Shown here one piece after another: positions 30,177-38,959 of a stretch of 64,000 nucleotides of DNA. A program made the translations under genes and the position numbers. Each line of letters begins with the position of its first letter. Position 1 is the stretch's first letter. The DNA is taken from the NCBI GenBank assembly GCA_964511075.1, contig CAZEDM010000005.1:135427-199426 (forward strand). The letters are read 5' to 3'. The notes under the pieces were generated by a model. It made no database searches and was not told where the DNA came from. It was given only the letters and a program-made list of their open reading frames with translations. This DNA comes from an uncultured Ignavibacteria bacterium (GTDB taxonomy: Bacteria > Zixibacteria > MSB-5A5 > RBG-16-43-9).

Positions 30177-33100
30177 TTACTTCTTACCTTTTAAGTAATC
30201 AATCATCGGCTGGGTGACCAAAGGCACCACATCTTTGATCATATGAGGCATCAGATTATCCATCACCCTGGGCATCAGCTCTGGCATTTGCTCTGCCATA
30301 TAATCAGGCATAGGGATACGCTCTTTTACTTTCTCTAACATCACCGGCATCACCTTGGGCATCATCCTTGTCAAGAGCCTGGGAAAAAGTATGGGGAACA
30401 TCGGCTTCATTAAATTCAACGCTCCGGGAATCTTTCCCATAAGCCTCATCATACCACCCATTCCGAAGGGCATGGCGGAGATAAGCTCGGGCCACATAGT
30501 TTTCATCAGGTCAGCAAATCCCTGAGGAGTCATAAGTTCAATCATCTCCTCGAAAACTGCCCATTGCCTTTGCACCTCTGGATTTGGGTCTGGGAAATCA
30601 TACCCCAATGCCTGTGAGGTGAATCTGGCTAAATCTACAACTTCAATCGGCATCTTTTTCTTGTCCGCGCTGACCCGCAACTGAAACTCACAGCAGGGGC
30701 AGAGTGCCAGGACTTTCTCCGCACCCGCCTCTATTGCCTCGTCCAGTCTTGTCATGCCTATCTCAGCTGCAACTGGCGGTTCTTTTATAAGGGTCAGCAC
30801 GCTCCCGCAGCAGTGCGCTTCTTCCCGGTTATGACTCATCTCCACAAATTTCACATTGGGAATAGACTTTATAAGCTCTCGCGGAGGTTCATACACCCCA
30901 GAAACCCGGCCTATGTGACAGGAATCGTGCCAGGTAACGGTAACCGGTTTTTGACCCCTTTGTGGAAAAGCAAACTCCCCTGATTTGATTTTCTCAGATA
31001 CCACTTCACTGTAGTGTCTTGTAGTAATATCATACTCTATACCCAATTTCTTAGCCCATTCCGGATAGACCTGTCTCCACATCATATCACAGGCAGGACA
31101 GGAAGTGATAACTGTGTCTGCTCCGGATTCCTTCACTGCCTGAATGTTTTTCTTCATTATATCAGCAAAAAGCTCCCATTTCCCGGCAACTAACATCGGT
31201 GTACCGCAGCAGTTCTCCTTTTCTCCCAGATAGGTAAAATCAACTCCCGCCCTATCCAGAAGCCTGACGCTTGCCATACCTATATCATGCTCCACGTAAC
31301 TGGCGGTACAGCCGGCAAAATAGACATTTTTGGCTTTATGAGATGCCCCGTGCTTCTCTTTTAAATCCCCGGGAAACCATTCTATGCGATTTCTCCTGTA
31401 CCCTGCCCAGATATCTCCCTCTTTTCTTAAAGATTCTGCCATCATCTCAAAGGGCGGGAAGGTCATCTTCTTTTCTTCATGTATGAGCTTCCCCCGTAAC
31501 TTCATCCAGGAAGACTCTATCGGGAGTGCGGCGGAACATCTCAAATTGCAAAGCTCACAGGTTGTGCAGACTACGATGGTGTCTATCATAAACTGGTCCC
31601 ATTCCCTCCTGCCTTCCATATACTCCCTTAGCCAGTACCATTTACCCCTGGGGGATTGGCTCTCCCAGCCCCTTCCGTAAAACTGGTCACATTCCTCTAT
31701 ACAATAGCCACACTGGGAACAACTGTAGGCATACCAGGCAACATCAGAGGGAATACCCCTTACATCTCTTACGGGTCTCTCGCCAATCTGGGTGATGACA
31801 TAGTTCCCAAACGGACGGATCAAAGGCTCGAAAAAACCTGCCAGGCCAAGTGCCGGACCGACTAACCCGTTGTAAAAAACCTTCCCCGGATTTAAAATCG
31901 ATTTCGGGTCTATCTGTTTTTTAAAATTTTCTAACTTTTTTACCCTTTCTCTTCCCAGTACCTTGTCTGCCTTTGTGGCAAAATACAGACCTGTGGAATA
32001 AGCTCTTCCCCCATATCTCTCTGCGATCTTCATTATGGTGAGGACCAAGCTGAAGACAAAATTGTAGTTGAACCTTCGCTGGTCGCTGGGGATAAACCCC
32101 AGGATCACAACCTCAGGCTGGCCATTAAGGCTTTCCCTGATTACTACGCCTTCCTTGACTATGGGCTGGTTGACTTTTTTCTCAATCTCATCCATCACCT
32201 TGCCCAGAGAGGACAGGGGAATTATCACCTCAGCCGGAACCAGGCTCGGACCCAATCTTTTAACCACCATCAGCTTAAAGCGGTTCTTCCATTCATGCTG
32301 GGCAATCCGCTGACTTAAAATCTCTGCCTCACATCTTTTCAGAATCGCCGGTAGCTCACCCATCACTTCCTTCTCATCTTTAGCTCTGAAGGCAAGGGTG
32401 AGAATATAAGCTGCTGGTAACAAAACCCTTTCTTCAATTGGATGGCCATAATGCTCCATAAGAGGAGCTCTGTTTTTAAGCTCTGCCATACGCGGATTGA
32501 TGAATACTAAAGACCAGATGGGGAGTTTTTCCTCTATCATATGTTGAACCAGATTCTGTAAGCCATTTGCATCCGCACAGCCGATGGCTAAGAGCTTTAG
32601 CTCTTCTAAAGGCTGAACCTTAATTGTTGCCTCGCTGATTAAGCCGGTTGTCCCCTCAGCATCGGCAATCAAATCCAACTCTGGGCCGGTAAATTCCCGG
32701 ATTGAACCATCAGACAGAGCCACTTTAGCACTTATAACATTATCTTTGAACCAGCCTGACTCATACGAACCGATCCCGGCACCTCCCTGTGCCAGCCAGC
32801 CCCCGACTGTCGAACCCGGATAGCTGGTGGGATATAACCTGAGGGTCAGCTTATGTTTCTCCAGCTCACGGTCAAGCTTCTCCCATACCACGCCTGCCTG
32901 TACCCTGGCAGTCTGAGCCTCAGGATCAATCTGAAGAATGCGATTCATTCTGTAAAAATCTATCACCATACCATTCTTGACCGGCAAAACCCCGCCATAA
33001 CCAGAGGATGCCTTTCCCCTGGGAGTCAAGGGTACATTGTTCTCCTTTGCCCAGCCTACCAGTTCGACCAATTCCTCCTCGGTTTGCGGCTGAACCACAG

Positions 33101-33254
33101 CCTCTGGCTTTGTGTTCCCTACCAGGATCTTAACAAGCCCGGGGATTGCGGCGATATCATGTCCATAAAGTTCACGCTCGATATTATCAAAAGAAACCCT
33201 GTTTCCGAATTTACCTTCCAGATACTTTCTCTGTTCAAGACCTATTTTGCTCAT
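30177..33254 (-). CDS. fused FAD-linked oxidase (GlcD-like) / Fe-S (GlcF-like: two 4Fe-4S motifs plus two CCG domains) dehydrogenase with a Met-rich C-terminal extension
   Basis: FAD_binding_4 region, CxxCxxCxxxC twice (CSQCGYCIEEC, CTTCELCNLRC), CCG motifs (CCGTPM, HCCGSV). Last roughly 125 aa contain 23 Met, many as MP dipeptides. Confidence 0.8.
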   Translation of the reverse strand: MSKIGLEQRKYLEGKFGNRVSFDNIERELYGHDIAAIPGLVKILVGNTKPEAVVQPQTEEELVELVGWAKENNVPLTPRGKASSGYGGVLPVKNGMVIDFYRMNRILQIDPEAQTARVQAGVVWEKLDRELEKHKLTLRLYPTSYPGSTVGGWLAQGGAGIGSYESGWFKDNVISAKVALSDGSIREFTGPELDLIADAEGTTGLISEATIKVQPLEELKLLAIGCADANGLQNLVQHMIEEKLPIWSLVFINPRMAELKNRAPLMEHYGHPIEERVLLPAAYILTLAFRAKDEKEVMGELPAILKRCEAEILSQRIAQHEWKNRFKLMVVKRLGPSLVPAEVIIPLSSLGKVMDEIEKKVNQPIVKEGVVIRESLNGQPEVVILGFIPSDQRRFNYNFVFSLVLTIMKIAERYGGRAYSTGLYFATKADKVLGRERVKKLENFKKQIDPKSILNPGKVFYNGLVGPALGLAGFFEPLIRPFGNYVITQIGERPVRDVRGIPSDVAWYAYSCSQCGYCIEECDQFYGRGWESQSPRGKWYWLREYMEGRREWDQFMIDTIVVCTTCELCNLRCSAALPIESSWMKLRGKLIHEEKKMTFPPFEMMAESLRKEGDIWAGYRRNRIEWFPGDLKEKHGASHKAKNVYFAGCTASYVEHDIGMASVRLLDRAGVDFTYLGEKENCCGTPMLVAGKWELFADIMKKNIQAVKESGADTVITSCPACDMMWRQVYPEWAKKLGIEYDITTRHYSEVVSEKIKSGEFAFPQRGQKPVTVTWHDSCHIGRVSGVYEPPRELIKSIPNVKFVEMSHNREEAHCCGSVLTLIKEPPVAAEIGMTRLDEAIEAGAEKVLALCPCCEFQLRVSADKKKMPIEVVDLARFTSQALGYDFPDPNPEVQRQWAVFEEMIELMTPQGFADLMKTMWPELISAMPFGMGGMMRLMGKIPGALNLMKPMFPILFPRLLTRMMPKVMPVMLEKVKERIPMPDYMAEQMPELMPRVMDNLMPHMIKDVVPLVTQPMIDYLKGKK

Positions 33255-33298
33255 TTCCCCTCACTGAACTAATATTCAACTTCTCTTTCTTTATCCAG

Positions 33299-34222
33299 TC
33301 AGCCATTCAAAATCTCCTGAAGGGTAGGTTCAACCTCGGAATAAAGGAATTCAAAGCCTGCTTCCCGCAACCTTTTTGGAACCACCCTCTGACCCGTCAA
33401 AATCGTCTCCTCAGCCATCTGACCATAAATCAGGTGAAGGAAAAATCCAGGCAGGGGAAACCATGAGGGCCTTCTCATCACTCTACCCAAAACACTGCAG
33501 AAATCTTTCATCTTTAAGCTTCCCGGAGCTGCGAGATTGAATGCTCCGCTTAAATCCTCTTTCTCCAGCAGGAAACGAATTGCCCTAATCTCGTCCTGCA
33601 GACAGATCCAGGAAAAATACTGCTCCCCATCTCCTGGATGACCGCCAAGAAAGAATTTGAAAGGGGTAATCAGACGCGGAAGTGCGCCACCATCCTTTCC
33701 CAGAACAACACCTGTTCTAATGACTATATGCCTTACCCCCAAGGACCCAACCTCCTTTGTGGAATTTTCCCACCTTTGGGCTACCTCGGGCAAAAAGCCG
33801 GTTCCCAAGGGAAAGTTCTCATCGACGATTTCTTCTGAAAGTGCCCCATAATACCCGATGCCTGAGGATTGGATTACCACTTTTGGTTTTACTTTGGTTT
33901 CTTTTACAGCTTCAACCACTGCCTTACCCGCATTAAGCCTGCTTCCAAGGATTTTTCCCTTTCTGGAAGCAGTCCAGCGCCCGCCTGCGATATTCTCACC
34001 GGCTAAATTTACTATGGCAAAAGAGCCCTCCGCATAGTCTATCCATCCCTTAGCTGTTATGCCATCCCATTCAGCCAGGGTGACTTTCTCCCCTAAAATT
34101 TTGTCTACTGTCTTTGCCTTGCGGGAAAGAGCTATGACCTCATATCCAGCCTCAGACAGATATCCACTCAAAGCTTTCCCGATAAAACCGGTCCCCCCGG
34201 TGATAATTATCCTCATTACCAT
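33299..34222 (-). CDS. TIGR01777-family epimerase-like protein (SDR39U1/YfcH-like, NAD-binding plus DUF1731 C-terminus)
   Basis: MRIIITGGTGFIGKAL N-terminus and a conserved C-terminal ...RLREAGFEF block. Confidence 0.7.
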   Translation of the reverse strand: MVMRIIITGGTGFIGKALSGYLSEAGYEVIALSRKAKTVDKILGEKVTLAEWDGITAKGWIDYAEGSFAIVNLAGENIAGGRWTASRKGKILGSRLNAGKAVVEAVKETKVKPKVVIQSSGIGYYGALSEEIVDENFPLGTGFLPEVAQRWENSTKEVGSLGVRHIVIRTGVVLGKDGGALPRLITPFKFFLGGHPGDGEQYFSWICLQDEIRAIRFLLEKEDLSGAFNLAAPGSLKMKDFCSVLGRVMRRPSWFPLPGFFLHLIYGQMAEETILTGQRVVPKRLREAGFEFLYSEVEPTLQEILNG

Positions 34223-34241
34223 TAATTATATCTGAATCTTT

Positions 34242-34679
34242 CTATCGAACTTTCGCTTTCTCCCAGCTCTCAATCTTTCCTGCTATAATCTCGAATATGG
34301 GGTGAGGCTCAATATCCTTCACCACTTGAACCTCTTTGTATTTACGGGGCTCTCTCTTCTTTAATTTACTTCTGAGCAAATTAAATTCATGCCCAAGCTG
34401 ACCCTTGGTCACCCTGATCCTCCTGATCTCTCCTCTTTCCCCGATCTTCCTCTTTTTAAAATTATACCCTCTTTTGCTGGATTCCTTCCATATTTCAAGA
34501 AGGTAATTAGCAATAGCCTTCAAGGGATAAGCATGGTTTTTGAATCTCAACAATTGGGGGTGGTTTACGTACCCTTTTGTTTCTCCCTTCAGAACCTTCT
34601 GGGCAAGCAACCCCTCTCTCCACAGAGCCAAAAGCCCTATCTTATCAAGATATTTTGGATGTATGCTCCACAACCTCAA
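34242..34679 (-). CDS. pyrimidine-dimer DNA glycosylase (T4 endonuclease V-like)
   Basis: LRLWSIHPKYLDKIGLLALWREGLLAQKVL matches the conserved N-terminus of the Pyr_excise family. Proposed TTG start at 34679 overlaps the TspO stop (TTGA). The track ORF extends further, to 34730. Confidence 0.6.
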   Translation of the reverse strand: MRLWSIHPKYLDKIGLLALWREGLLAQKVLKGETKGYVNHPQLLRFKNHAYPLKAIANYLLEIWKESSKRGYNFKKRKIGERGEIRRIRVTKGQLGHEFNLLRSKLKKREPRKYKEVQVVKDIEPHPIFEIIAGKIESWEKAKVR

Positions 34680-35161
34680 GGATTGAGCCTCAATAAAGAA
34701 AAATTCAGAGCTGCGGCAAAGCTCACCCACAGGAGGTAGGGCAGAAGCAGAATACCGGCTGTCTTTGATACTCTAAAGAAATAAAATACAGTCAATAAAA
34801 TAAAAATCCAGAGAAGCACTATCTCGATAAACCCCAGAAGTGGGGACCTGAGGCCGAAAAACAGAACCGACCAGATGGAGTTTAAAACCAGCTGAATAAT
34901 GAAAAATCGGAGTGCCAGATTAACCTGTGGATTTTCTATACCCCTTCGCCAGACCAGAAAGGCTGATATACCCATCAAAAGATATAGACTGATCCAGACC
35001 GGTGAAAATATCCAGTTAGGTGGGGTAAAAGAGGGCTTGACCAGAGTCGCATACCAGGTGGGAATAGCAGGAGTGGTGAAAACAGATCCGATAACCCCTG
35101 CAAACTGGCAGATGATTATGCTTATTAAAAGCTTGGGAATCTCGTTTAGATTGATTTTCAC
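34676..35161 (-). CDS. tspO: TspO/MBR family tryptophan-rich sensory protein
   Basis: Five TM helices, Trp-rich, FSPVWISLYLLMGISAFLVW motif. Confidence 0.8.
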   Translation of the reverse strand: MKINLNEIPKLLISIIICQFAGVIGSVFTTPAIPTWYATLVKPSFTPPNWIFSPVWISLYLLMGISAFLVWRRGIENPQVNLALRFFIIQLVLNSIWSVLFFGLRSPLLGFIEIVLLWIFILLTVFYFFRVSKTAGILLLPYLLWVSFAAALNFSLLRLNP

Positions 35162-35254
35162 TATTTAATCGCTCCTCTTTTTGAGTGTAAACCTTCAGGT
35201 TTATTTCTAATGTAATTATTAGGCATTTTTACCTTGGTAGATCAGACATTCTTG

Positions 35255-35330
35255 TATGACCGAACAGACTGGAATGTCTGTTCTCTCTGCTTTCGTAGAG
35301 CGAAGCAGTCAAGGTCTTGTCTACAGGATC
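35255..35330. repeat. REP-like element (CAGAC-tggaa-TGTCTG hairpin; GTAGAGCGAAGC..GTCTACAGG)
   Basis: Palindromes read from the sequence, related to the 42.8/43.1-kb copies. Confidence 0.45.
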
Positions 35331-35364
35331 CTGGCGAAGACACCAGCCTTTCACTCAAGCAAAA

Positions 35365-35946
35365 CTAAAGTTTTGCACTCCATAACTTTTTCCCCAATTC
35401 AAATGCCTTCTGTATCATCCTTTTATCATCTTTCACCTTCCCTTTCTCAAAGAAACTATGAGCATAAAGCATCTTATCCACAAATTTTATATTCGCCCAG
35501 ACGAAAAAACCTTTAAGAGTGGAAAGGGCGTAATCGAATCTCTGTCTTTCGCCAGCCACTAAGATTATTACTCCCTTTCTTTTCTTTTTCAGCTTTGATT
35601 TGAAAATATACCTGTTGTCTTTCTTAACCAAAGGAGTCAGACAGTTGCATCTATCCAAAAATAATTTCATCTGAGCGGAGACGGTGTCAAAATAAATGGG
35701 CGAGCCTAAGACCAGGACATTAGAGCTTTTAAGCCTGGAGTAAATTTTGTCCATATCATCTTTGATAATACAGAACTCCGGCTCAGGATTTTTCCCGCAG
35801 GATTTACAGGGGGAAATATCCAATTCATCCAAATATATGATCTCGGTCCTGGCCCCTTTGCTCTCTGCCCCCTTTAGAACCCCTCTGATCAACAGATCCA
35901 CATTTCCGTTTTTAACCGGGCTACCCGAGATTCCTAAAACCCTCAT
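35365..35946 (-). CDS. flavodoxin-like fold NAD(P)H-dependent FMN reductase / iron-sulfur flavoprotein family
   Basis: MRVLGISGSPVKNGN N-terminus typical of NADPH-dependent FMN reductase-like proteins. CxxC-containing segment. Confidence 0.65.
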   Translation of the reverse strand: MRVLGISGSPVKNGNVDLLIRGVLKGAESKGARTEIIYLDELDISPCKSCGKNPEPEFCIIKDDMDKIYSRLKSSNVLVLGSPIYFDTVSAQMKLFLDRCNCLTPLVKKDNRYIFKSKLKKKRKGVIILVAGERQRFDYALSTLKGFFVWANIKFVDKMLYAHSFFEKGKVKDDKRMIQKAFELGKKLWSAKL

Positions 35947-35970
35947 ATATATTTATCTTCCTGGAGAATT

Positions 35971-36090
35971 TAGAGATGCATTGCTATGCATCTCTACAGA
36001 AGTGCGGCGGGCAAGGGTGCCCGCCCTACAAATAACAAAGGTATTAATAATTGTTGGCAGTCCGCCAGAGGCGGACCAGCCCTGCATTTT
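35971..36090. repeat. REP cluster (TAGAGATGCA-ttgcta-TGCATCTCTA; GCGGGCA-aggg-TGCCCGC; GTCCGCCAGAGGCGGAC)
   Basis: Three consecutive perfect hairpins. The last is shared with 12648-12665 and 30090-30110. Confidence 0.65.
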
Positions 36091-36158
36091 CCCAAAGAAC
36101 TCTTAGGGGAAAAGTTTTTTAGCTTTTCCCCTAAAACCTAACACCTATTTCCTAAAAT

Positions 36159-36266
36159 CTATTTCGTGACCTTCTTCATCGGAGCCCCGCAGCATTTCCC
36201 TGCTTTGCTGGAGGTATATCCGCACTTGGGACACTTATAGGTGGCTTTCTTTTTTTTGACCGGCAT
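36159..36266 (-). CDS. unannotated small zinc-ribbon protein (35 aa: MPVKKKKATYKCPKCGYTSSKAGKCCGAPMKKVTK)
   Basis: ATG at 36266 (minus) preceded by GGAGGTGA 6 nt upstream. CPKC..(10 aa)..CC(G) four-Cys arrangement. Below the length threshold of the ORF track. Confidence 0.6.
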   Translation of the reverse strand: MPVKKKKATYKCPKCGYTSSKAGKCCGAPMKKVTK

Positions 36267-36354
36267 CCTTTCTCACCTCCTTCGGTCCTCTTGTTCTTCA
36301 AGCTAAGGACCCTCTAACTCAAAATAAGACTCTTCTGATTTATCTTTTTACCCA

Positions 36355-36843
36355 TCAATCTGTCAAGCCTATCTCGACCTTCTCGGATTTCAAAGGAATG
36401 GAAGTCTTCAAAATCCCCTCTATATAATATCTCCCGCCTAAGACATACCTCCTCTGGGTATCTCTGGCATCCCATTCAGTCTGAAATGACCAGACCTCCC
36501 CCGGATAGATGTTAAGCTCAAGCGGAGTTTTCTTGAAGGTCTTATCATAAGACCATCTCCAGACTTCCCATCCTCTTCTATATATTACGAAATCGAAGAG
36601 CTGACTGGTGTCAAAATTAAATTTAACCGGCTCAGAAGAGATATTCTCGATCTCCAGTTTTAAATCCACTGGGCCACCCAGTGGGTAACCTCTATCCTGG
36701 GTTAGAACCCGGACTTTTATTTCCTGATAGGGGACCTCCTCCGGGGGATTGGTCTGGGGCGGTTTATCCTGATACAGAGGAGTACATCCGAGAAAAAAAA
36801 TCAAAGAAAAGAGAGAAAGAAAAAAACTAAATCTTTTGAACAC
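36355..36843 (-). CDS. lipoprotein with BsuPI-like (intracellular proteinase inhibitor) domain
   Basis: Lipobox FFLGC and a roughly 110-aa beta-sandwich region with the BsuPI-like pattern (PV.F.F.TSQ.FDF.IY..G.EVWRWS). Confidence 0.5.
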   Translation of the reverse strand: MFKRFSFFLSLFSLIFFLGCTPLYQDKPPQTNPPEEVPYQEIKVRVLTQDRGYPLGGPVDLKLEIENISSEPVKFNFDTSQLFDFVIYRRGWEVWRWSYDKTFKKTPLELNIYPGEVWSFQTEWDARDTQRRYVLGGRYYIEGILKTSIPLKSEKVEIGLTD

Positions 36844-38959
36844 TTTCTTCTCCTGAGGATTCTGAAAAATATTCCAAATCCCTTTTCCGGCTTTTGGATA
36901 TCAACATCTCCAAGATAAACAAACCCAGGGCAAGCCACAAGAAGTTTCTGCTCAGCTCTTTTCCATATCTGGTTCTCAAGACCTCTTCTTTCAAATCCTG
37001 GTCCGGTTTCATAATCAGTATATTTTCATTCCCCTTCAACTCTTTTTTTAAATCCTCGTTTTTTAATCCTCCTGGATCCGAATCCCTAGTATCAAGGTTT
37101 ACCGCGAACCGGTCTAAAACCTCGTCTGCGGATTGAAGCTTATAGATGCCCGGCATTGCCAAATCACCAAGCTTCAGAATCACCCTATCCTCAACAATCT
37201 CAGGGAGTAAAATGATTTTAAGGTTCTCGGGGCTTAAAAGCTCTAGTCTTTCAGCTTTTTTTAAATCAAATTCCTTCCTGGCCTTCTCTCCCACTAAAAA
37301 TTCTTTTGAGGAGAAAAGACCTGAGGAGAGGTATTCCACAGCGCGCTGCATCAAGGGGACAAAAAAGGTGTGCTCGCCTAAATCTGAGAATTTGGGGTCC
37401 ATAGAGCTCAACAGGGCGATGATCTTACCCCTTCCGTGTAAGCTCTCCACTAAGGCTGGAGAACCGTTGCTGAAACTTGCCAGGATCCTGGTACTTTTCC
37501 CGGGGATTACCTGGTATATTGAATAAAACTTTATCAGGGGGAATCTGGATCTGTTCAGACCCTTATAAGGCAGAAACAGGGGATGAAATAAATCTACCTG
37601 TTCCAGGGTTAAAAACCCCTCTGCTTTTCCGGATGGCCCTTCTTCTCCTTCGAAGGTTGAGCCAAGATACCTCTGACAGATCTCCCTATATAATTCCTCT
37701 TCTGTCTCACTGAAGAAAAAGAAAACCCCTTTGCCTGAGTTTAAAAAACCTTCTAAGCTGAAAAGATCCCCAGGCTTAATCCCTTCATAATCCGAGAAAA
37801 TAATCACGTCATAATCTGATAGCTCCCTTGTGTGAAAGAAACCTGGCTCAACCTGGGTAATTTTGATCCTGCTTTCTTTCCCCCCCTTTGGATTTAGGGC
37901 TAATTTCAAATAGTTTTGCTTCTCCTCTTTACTTTTCACCAGAAGAACTTCAATTTGCTGGGGAACCACGAAGCTGAAATATCTTTTATTATCCACCAGG
38001 AGATTATCATCGGAAAGCTCCAGATAGCCCGAATGAAACCCTGTTTCACCGACCGATTGGGTGAAGCTGACCTCGCCCTCCTGGCCTTCTCTCAAGTCCA
38101 CATCTGTCTGGCTTACCCTTTTCCCGTCCAAGTAAAGGCTCAGAAGCAGGTTTTGAACCGATCTCTGGCTATAATTTTTAACTGTTCCCTTTATCTCAAA
38201 GGGAATATCTGCTGTGACTATCCCCTGTGGGAGCTCGATATTCTCTATTGCCCAGTTCTCTTTCTCCTCCTGCGACAATCTGATGATAAAGAGCTTGACC
38301 CCCTTATCCTTGAAGCCAGAGCTCCATTTTATCAGAATCGAGATCTCCCCTGGTTCCAAATCTGTAAATAGATATATCTCCTTGTTCTCATTCACGCTCC
38401 GGGATAGAAGATCTAACCCCCTTTCCAAAGCTTTACCCAAATCCGCAGGCTCAAAGGTAAGCTCAATTTCACCAATGGCTCTGGATATGAGGGAAGAGTC
38501 AAATGTGGGGTGGGCTGAAAACGCCTCCGGCTCCGAATTATAAGTGATCAGGTAGATCTCATCCCCCTCTTTGTAATTTCTTAAAAGTTCCTCTGCTTTT
38601 CTCTGAGCTATCCCTAGTAGATTTCCTGTTTTTGTCTCATACCCCATCCGATAGGAGTTATCCATCAGGAAGAGTATCGAGCTTTTGGCCTCTGCTCCCA
38701 GTTTCGAGGCAAACCCACTCTGGGAACTGGGCCTGGCAAAGGCCAAGACCACACAGAGGATTATCAGGGAGCGAATCAAGAGAAGCAAAAGCTCCTTAAT
38801 TTTTACTGCCCTGAGCCTGGTCCTCTCCAGCGACCTTAAAAACACCAGAGAGGAGAAATCTATTTTCTTGACCCTCTGTCTGCTGAAGAAGTGGATTAGA
38901 ACCGGGAGGGCTAAGGCTAAAAGAGCCCAGAGCAGGATAGGATTAAGAAAACTGAACAT
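36827..38959 (-). CDS. BatA-N-terminal-domain protein (aerotolerance-operon family; double-TM N-terminus, large extracytoplasmic region, C-terminal TM)
   Basis: MFSFLNPILLWALLALALPVLIHFFSRQR is the conserved BatA N-terminal motif. Context with MoxR/DUF58. Confidence 0.65.
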   Translation of the reverse strand: MFSFLNPILLWALLALALPVLIHFFSRQRVKKIDFSSLVFLRSLERTRLRAVKIKELLLLLIRSLIILCVVLAFARPSSQSGFASKLGAEAKSSILFLMDNSYRMGYETKTGNLLGIAQRKAEELLRNYKEGDEIYLITYNSEPEAFSAHPTFDSSLISRAIGEIELTFEPADLGKALERGLDLLSRSVNENKEIYLFTDLEPGEISILIKWSSGFKDKGVKLFIIRLSQEEKENWAIENIELPQGIVTADIPFEIKGTVKNYSQRSVQNLLLSLYLDGKRVSQTDVDLREGQEGEVSFTQSVGETGFHSGYLELSDDNLLVDNKRYFSFVVPQQIEVLLVKSKEEKQNYLKLALNPKGGKESRIKITQVEPGFFHTRELSDYDVIIFSDYEGIKPGDLFSLEGFLNSGKGVFFFFSETEEELYREICQRYLGSTFEGEEGPSGKAEGFLTLEQVDLFHPLFLPYKGLNRSRFPLIKFYSIYQVIPGKSTRILASFSNGSPALVESLHGRGKIIALLSSMDPKFSDLGEHTFFVPLMQRAVEYLSSGLFSSKEFLVGEKARKEFDLKKAERLELLSPENLKIILLPEIVEDRVILKLGDLAMPGIYKLQSADEVLDRFAVNLDTRDSDPGGLKNEDLKKELKGNENILIMKPDQDLKEEVLRTRYGKELSRNFLWLALGLFILEMLISKSRKRDLEYFSESSGEESVQKI

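Noticed and set aside
35473-35481. Perfect DnaA box TTATCCACA
   Set aside because: It is inside the flavodoxin-like coding sequence and isolated. Not evidence for an origin.
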